Source: Schizochytrium sp. TIO01
Taxonomy: Eukaryota > Protista > Bigyra: Labyrinthulomycetes
Direction: 5' to 3'
NCBI GenBank assembly: GCA_004764695.1
Contig: SMSO01000031.1
Coordinates: 5,810,761-5,874,760, forward strand
DNA: 64,000 bases
Part shown: in pieces, positions 58,361 to 64,000 of the stretch
How the letters are laid out: each line of letters opens with the position of its first letter
Numbering within the stretch: the first letter of the stretch is position 1
The notes under the pieces: model-generated
Database searches by the model: none
Told to the model about the DNA's origin: nothing
Seen by the model: the letters and a program-made list of their open reading frames with translations, nothing else
Position numbers and translations under genes: made by a program

Positions 58361-60091
58361 GTAAACAAGTAACTTTCTAAGCTCACAGCCGTTTTGAAAG
58401 GCACTGCTAACTAGGGCGAAACGCACATGGCTGGCCTCACTTGAGCAAACGTACTGAAGTTACACCATGTTCTTCGTCATGCTCGTGGACATGTTGCTGA
58501 GCATGCTGAGTTGTGTAATTTGTTTAGCTTTCTGCACAGTATCCAAGGCTTCATGTTAATCCTAAGGTCGTAAAATTGATTGAAATAATTACGCAATTAT
58601 TCTCTCAGAATTTTCATGAAAGGCAGGGGACCTTTGATTACACAGCTCAGTGTCTTCGCCTGCTACAGAATGATAGCTTTACGAATTTGGACCCATGATG
58701 CGATGCCCTTGGAGTTGATTTCAAGCTTGAAAGCGAGCCCATGATCTTCTCTGTGCACCATATTCTGAGCGCCTTGGGCCTCAGGCTGCTCATAAACTAG
58801 CGTGGACAATGCTCGTCCAGAAGCTTTACGTTGTAGCCTTTGTTGATTCGCCGAATGCTCTCTGGTATAAAACGTGCCAAGCAAGACTCTCAGCGAAACA
58901 TTATCTCTTGCGAATGTCCACGGATCAGAAACAATTGCATTTTGAGGAGTATAAGAGCAATTGAAATTCTGCACAGGAAGTCCGCGTCAAGTAACTTAAA
59001 CATTAGCGCTCAGGAATTTTCTGGAATTTTGAAGAAATCCCCTGTATATACTACACGTGTGCAGAAATCCTTGCTATAAAATAGATGCTAAATGCTATTA
59101 GCAATAGGGACCAATCTTCTACCAATACCTTAGAGATCACAAGACAGCATATAATATGATCGAGAAATATTTATCCTGAGCATGATCATTCTATTAATTG
59201 TAATAGAACCAAGCACCTTAATACAAGCCTAAACTTTGTTCTCTTCTAAAGTACCGTTAAAGTGTATGTACATCGATTGAAACAGAAGATATCAGTAAAG
59301 ACTTCTTATATACACACGAATCCATTCAATGCTTCTTTATATGGTAGCATGACCTCGAAAATGGCTCTCATTAAATAAGAGAATTTACCGTTTGGTTGCT
59401 TACTAGCTCGTCCAAACGAGTTATCAGTCATCAATCAAGGTTTAGTCTGTCAATTGTCGGTTCTGATGCAGCCACGCATACATCCTAGCTAGAGTTCAAA
59501 TTAACAGCAATCTTTACTTTCTTAGCTTGCCCATACATTTATGCACACGTACAAGCACTGCAGTGCACTACGTGTGCATTCCCTTAATTGGTTCCCGGAA
59601 GGTTTTGCACGTTCGAAGTTGATCTACTCGACTCGAGGTCCTGATTCTTTCGGCTATTGTATATGCCCTCTGTTACAGAGATGTGAATATCACGATTCAT
59701 GTCTGCTAAGCACTGTATTTTTACCTTCTCTTTTTGGCTGTATCCAAAAAACAATATTCCAAGTTTTATTCTTTCTATAGCGAAATCAATAATCAATTGA
59801 AGGAAGTACGCGTAAGTTTAAGTTATTCGACAACAAAGGAAAGTCCAATGCATTGTCTACACTAAAGGAGGTACAGAGGCCTTCAAGCTTTCTTCTACTA
59901 CAAATTTTAATATTCAAAGTTCTAGATTTGCTGATGGCATATAAAGGCACCACGATGGTGTTGCAAGGGCTTGCTTAGTTGTATTCTGTAAAGAAGAAAA
60001 AGCGGAAACCAGGTACAGGCACAAAGTACCAGCATGTTGATTTCAAACGAGAACATGATTTTGGGCCACTCAAAAAGCAACCCAGGATATA

Positions 60092-61495
60092 TTAGGGTGC
60101 TACCGCTGCAGTGAAAAAGGAAAAATCAGCCGTAACCTGAGAAGCATATGACTGCGCAAAATCCCATAGCTCATCGATAAAGTCTTGATTTGGTGACCCA
60201 ATCCGGTTACAAATTGCCTTCTCAAAGCTATCTGGAACGATGGAATCATCATAGTCATTGTCAGATCGTGCATGAGCTGCAGCAAGAATAGAGGCCCACT
60301 GTTCAGACAACTTAACAATTCGTGTGTCACTTGTAAGAACGCTGGTATCAAAAGTCTCCTTCCATGGGCTGCGTTGTCTTACAGAGAAGGCTTGTCCATC
60401 AATTGTTGCATAACCAAGTGCGTTATCTGCATGGTTGAGCAAAGCACGGTTTGCCTCCGTGACTCGAGCTCCTTGATGGTTGTTGACTGCAGAAGAGCTC
60501 ATAACGAGCAACTGAATTGTGGAGTTTGATACTATGTAAGTCCTGGGATCTTGCTGGGCTTTAACGTCGAGGATGAGGTCGTCATACTGGTCATCAGAAG
60601 GCCCTTCTACTAACACGTAGTAACGCAAAGTACCATAAGAGCCCAGCCCTGCTTTGACACGAAGAGCAACATCCTTGACCATAAAGTAGTCACTGTCACC
60701 TTGCAAAGATGAGGCCACTGTTTGTTCATAGTCGGCCATGGCCTGCGTGACCGAGGCCTTGACTGAAGCATTAACAGCAACAATCTCCTCAAGTGACGTG
60801 TCAAACGACCGTACTCCGTTATCGTTTTTCACTGTCCACTTTTTAATCATGTCTTCCCTAGAGTCCCCTGCTTGAACATCGTCGAGAAATTCATCCAGAC
60901 GCCCATATGCGTTGTCAGAATCAACAAAATACGTTTTCTCATCTCCGTTTCCAACAAAACTGCAAAGCATGGAAAGGTAGGTCTCTACGAACGCCTCCAC
61001 CGCATCTTGGCACACTGCTATTGACCAGTCACTTATGATGTCTTTGTTTGCCTTACACACAAGGACAATTGAGACAGTAGCGCGCCATAAGTCATATCGA
61101 AAGTCTCCCAAAAATGCCTCGTCAAAATCATTCAAATCATAGACAATATCGCCTTGATCGTTATCAAAAGCACCAAAATTTTCGACATGGCAGTCACCTT
61201 GAATCCAGGTCAAGACGTCCCCTAGAGGAAATAAACTGTCTGGAGGGTTTTGAATAAGGTCATTATAATAAACTCTTGCCGTTGCTCGATAAAATGCAAA
61301 CTCTGACGCAGCCATGAGGATTTTTTTCTCTTCTTGCAGAGTACTATTCAGACCCAATAAATCCAAGTGAACTTGCTCCATGATGCTTGCAGCACGAGCC
61401 GAGGTGTTTTGCAGGGTCCATGCTTGAGAGCATTGCCAGATCAGTGCAAGCACTGTACCAAGAAGGAGAGAAGAGGTACGGATGATGGTAGTCAT
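60092..61495 (-). CDS. DUF2252-family (kinase-like) protein with predicted signal peptide
   Basis: Motifs 'FAFYRATA', 'IQGDCHVENFG', 'YDLNDFDEA', 'YDLWR', 'KDVALRVKAGLGSYGTLRYYVLVEG', 'ILDVK', 'LAAAHARS'. Hydrophobic N-terminus ending SQA|W. Confidence 0.85.
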   Translation of the reverse strand: MTTIIRTSSLLLGTVLALIWQCSQAWTLQNTSARAASIMEQVHLDLLGLNSTLQEEKKILMAASEFAFYRATARVYYNDLIQNPPDSLFPLGDVLTWIQGDCHVENFGAFDNDQGDIVYDLNDFDEAFLGDFRYDLWRATVSIVLVCKANKDIISDWSIAVCQDAVEAFVETYLSMLCSFVGNGDEKTYFVDSDNAYGRLDEFLDDVQAGDSREDMIKKWTVKNDNGVRSFDTSLEEIVAVNASVKASVTQAMADYEQTVASSLQGDSDYFMVKDVALRVKAGLGSYGTLRYYVLVEGPSDDQYDDLILDVKAQQDPRTYIVSNSTIQLLVMSSSAVNNHQGARVTEANRALLNHADNALGYATIDGQAFSVRQRSPWKETFDTSVLTSDTRIVKLSEQWASILAAAHARSDNDYDDSIVPDSFEKAICNRIGSPNQDFIDELWDFAQSYASQVTADFSFFTAAVAP

Positions 61496-61779
61496 ATTTC
61501 TTTGAACCTATGAGTATAAAGTCTGTTTAAGGTTTGAATTCTCGTTGGTTTACTTGGTCAGAGACTTTGCATCATAGTACTTGCAAAGCACACGCAACCT
61601 TTGATTGCGAAAGGTGCATTCCTAATATCGAACGCCAATTTATGCTAACTAGCAGCTCTAAAGAGAAGGGTGAGTAGATGCGGCACAGCGATATTTCAGA
61701 GGATTTCTGACGCCGCATCTAGACTAGAGTCAACTCAAGATTCCAGTTTTAGGTAGGCTAACTCAATTCCATTTGTATA

Positions 61780-61822
61780 TGAGAGAGGGGGAAGAGAGAG
61801 GGGGAGAGAGAGAGGGAGAGAG
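61780..61822. repeat. (GA)n purine tract
   Basis: Read directly from the sequence. Confidence 0.75.
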
Positions 61823-62979
61823 CACTCGGTGAACAAATGTGAATGGGCTGAGAACTGGTCTTAAACCTAACTGCGCTTGCAAGGCGTTTTACACATAAAC
61901 TATTCTCACCAGTCAAAAGGTATTCCTATAGATCTTTTACTTGGGCCAAAACCTAGGTACAGACATAGTACGTAGATACCATGTCTTGAAAGCAATCCAA
62001 AGCAAGTCACAATAGTAATTAGTAGAGCCCGCTAGAGTTCGGTGGTTGGAAATTAGAAATAGTAATAGAATTGAAAGAAAAGAAAAGGAAAAAGAGAGCC
62101 TCGCTGGGGTGTGTATTACGTGAGTAAAGATCAATTTTCAACAATATCGAGGTCAAGAAGAAGGGAATGCGGCGCTGCACTAGGAATATGCAAGTGGGGC
62201 CAACTTCATGTGAGCAAAGGTATCTGCCTGTCAGACAAAGAAACTAGAAACCAAAAGAGAATAGAGGAGAGGAAATAAGTCCCTTCCTAGCCGGGATGAA
62301 GTGGTAACAGCACATGCACTTATCGGAAGCAAAAAGAGTGCATGCTCTGCAAAAGTTGGATGCATCAACGAGCGACTTCTCTCGATTCATAAACATATAC
62401 CTGTGCAAAGCACAGATTCTGCTCATTATTCTTTGAGTTCGTACATGGGATGCCGCGTCCATTCTCTGATAGAAAGGGCGAAGTAGCCAGAGTGCTTTGA
62501 AACGCAGTAGATGTTAGGACTTGGCGTAAAAGGTGAGACTGAGTTGTTCGCGGTGTAATGGTCAGGAGTTCTATTTTGGGACGTATGCGCGATTTCTGGA
62601 GTGATAGAGAACAATACGCATGAGACCATACAAAGAATATGTTGATGACCACAATGTACATGCGATTGCATAATAGGTATTCTTAAGTGGGAGTATGGTC
62701 ACTTCAACTCTTCTCTGAAGGTGTGCTCGAGACCATGGGGAGGTATTAAAGTTCATGGTGAGTCTGGTAAAGGTGGTCACGGCAGAAGTGATAACATCGT
62801 AAGAGAGTTCTAACAAGCAGCAACAGATGTTCTTGCTTGTCAGAAAGGTACATACGAAACGAGAGGAGGAGAAGGAGGATGAGGTTCAAATGAGGGCATA
62901 GTAGTAGACAATGAAAAGAAACGCTGTATATATGGGTATGCTTCATATGTTCGAGGAGGTAAACTCAGACAGTATTTTC

Positions 62980-64000
62980 TTATGAGGATGACTCCATTGT
63001 ATCTTTATTCCAATTTACACAGAACTGGCGAGCAATCTTAGTGAAGTTTGAACGAGAGATCCGGTGACCTTCGAGTTCAAGCATGCTTTCTTGCTTCGGG
63101 TCATCATTTTCAATGATGCGTGTGTCAGTATGGCCGCTTTCACGAAGATGATATTCGGCACGATGCATAAGTGCAGACCAGATGCAGCTGCGTTCTGGTG
63201 CACTACGAATACTCCGTTCATAGGCCCCTATGACATCTTTGCATGCCTGTCGAATAAGAACCATGCGGCGATCAACTTCAACGCCCGAGCCAGTCTCGCT
63301 ATCCTCTAAATGTGTTGGTCCGTCACTTCCGTCGTTCACCTGAGCTGATGATGAAGAACGAGAGCGCGACTTCCACTCTGTATCCGAGCCCTTACGCAAA
63401 GAGGGCCTCCGTGTCTGATTTGAGGCTGCCGCTGCTGCTGCTGCTGCTGCATTGGGCGCTGAGCACATCGCGATCACGCTACTTTCTGGAGTAACATGAT
63501 GCTCGCTCTCGAGAACAAAGTGAACATCGTCCTCAAAGAGAATCGCAGTACGATGCTTAGGCTTAACGCGGAGAGTTGACTTTTCAATGCGCTCCTTGTT
63601 TTCTGGAGTGAGTTCCTCCATATTGGACCTCTCAAGGACATTTAGAAACCAGATCGCATGGTGTACTGTTAGAATGGCGTCTGCCGGGGGTCTCTCGCTT
63701 ATGATAAAGCCTGGTGGGAAAGAGAATTCGAGACCTGAATTGTTGGCCACGCCTCCCCTGCCTTCACCAACAAAATGGTCGTTCTCTTCTCCAAGGAATT
63801 GTTGTCCATTATGATTAGAATAGCGCTGCACGTGCGCGTCTTCAAAGATCTCGTTGTCCAGAGTATCGATGGAGGGTCTTTGCAGCTGCAAACCCACTCC
63901 GGCTTGCAAGTTCATTGACTGCTGCATGTGATGTGGCTGTAAATGCAGCTGGTGCGACGGATGTTGTCGATGCAGTTGGGGTTGATGTTGCTGCTGCTGT
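62980..64000 (-). CDS. Hypothetical protein, probably 5'-truncated by the window edge
   Basis: The 315-aa track ORF stays open upstream to the window end (QQQQHQPQLHRQHPSHQLHLQPHH). Protein-like composition but no recognised domain. Confidence 0.7.
   Translation of the reverse strand, partial: QQQQHQPQLHRQHPSHQLHLQPHHMQQSMNLQAGVGLQLQRPSIDTLDNEIFEDAHVQRYSNHNGQQFLGEENDHFVGEGRGGVANNSGLEFSFPPGFIISERPPADAILTVHHAIWFLNVLERSNMEELTPENKERIEKSTLRVKPKHRTAILFEDDVHFVLESEHHVTPESSVIAMCSAPNAAAAAAAAASNQTRRPSLRKGSDTEWKSRSRSSSSAQVNDGSDGPTHLEDSETGSGVEVDRRMVLIRQACKDVIGAYERSIRSAPERSCIWSALMHRAEYHLRESGHTDTRIIENDDPKQESMLELEGHRISRSNFTKIARQFCVNWNKDTMESSS

Noticed and set aside
57938-58380. Poly-Leu and Phe-Ala 'membrane protein' ORFs
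   Set aside because: Translations of (TTTTGG)n and (TTTTGC)n simple repeats.

Overview
Eukaryotic nuclear DNA from a stramenopile: it carries a tubular-mastigoneme-type EGF gene. The compact, almost intron-free genes suggest a thraustochytrid/labyrinthulomycete, which is an inference. Recognisable genes: an Aa_trans/SLC38-type amino-acid transporter, a PP2C phosphatase, a Sec14/CRAL-TRIO protein, a canonical-ubiquitin-eS30 fusion with a 731-nt intron, proteasome Rpn9/PSMD13, a spliced PD-(D/E)xK nuclease-like (Crinkler-REase-like) gene, a mastigoneme protein, a VPS9-domain GEF, a secreted DUF2252-like protein and a truncated hypothetical gene at the right edge. The most unusual structure is a pair of ~11-13 kb units (about 19.8-31 kb and 44.9-57.5 kb). 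Each is a giant orphan repeat/coiled-coil ORF on the minus strand, preceded by 3-4 kb of non-coding DNA. The two non-coding regions share at least eight short motifs in the same order and orientation, although the proteins are barely alignable. Also present: a nested cluster of inverted copies of an unrecognised ~1-kb TIR/MITE-like repeat (33.4-37.0 kb), a 16-bp minisatellite apparently derived from (AAAC)n, and a candidate hairpin-containing poison exon in the ubiquitin-eS30 intron. No tRNA, rRNA or CRISPR array could be supported. All alignments were done by eye.
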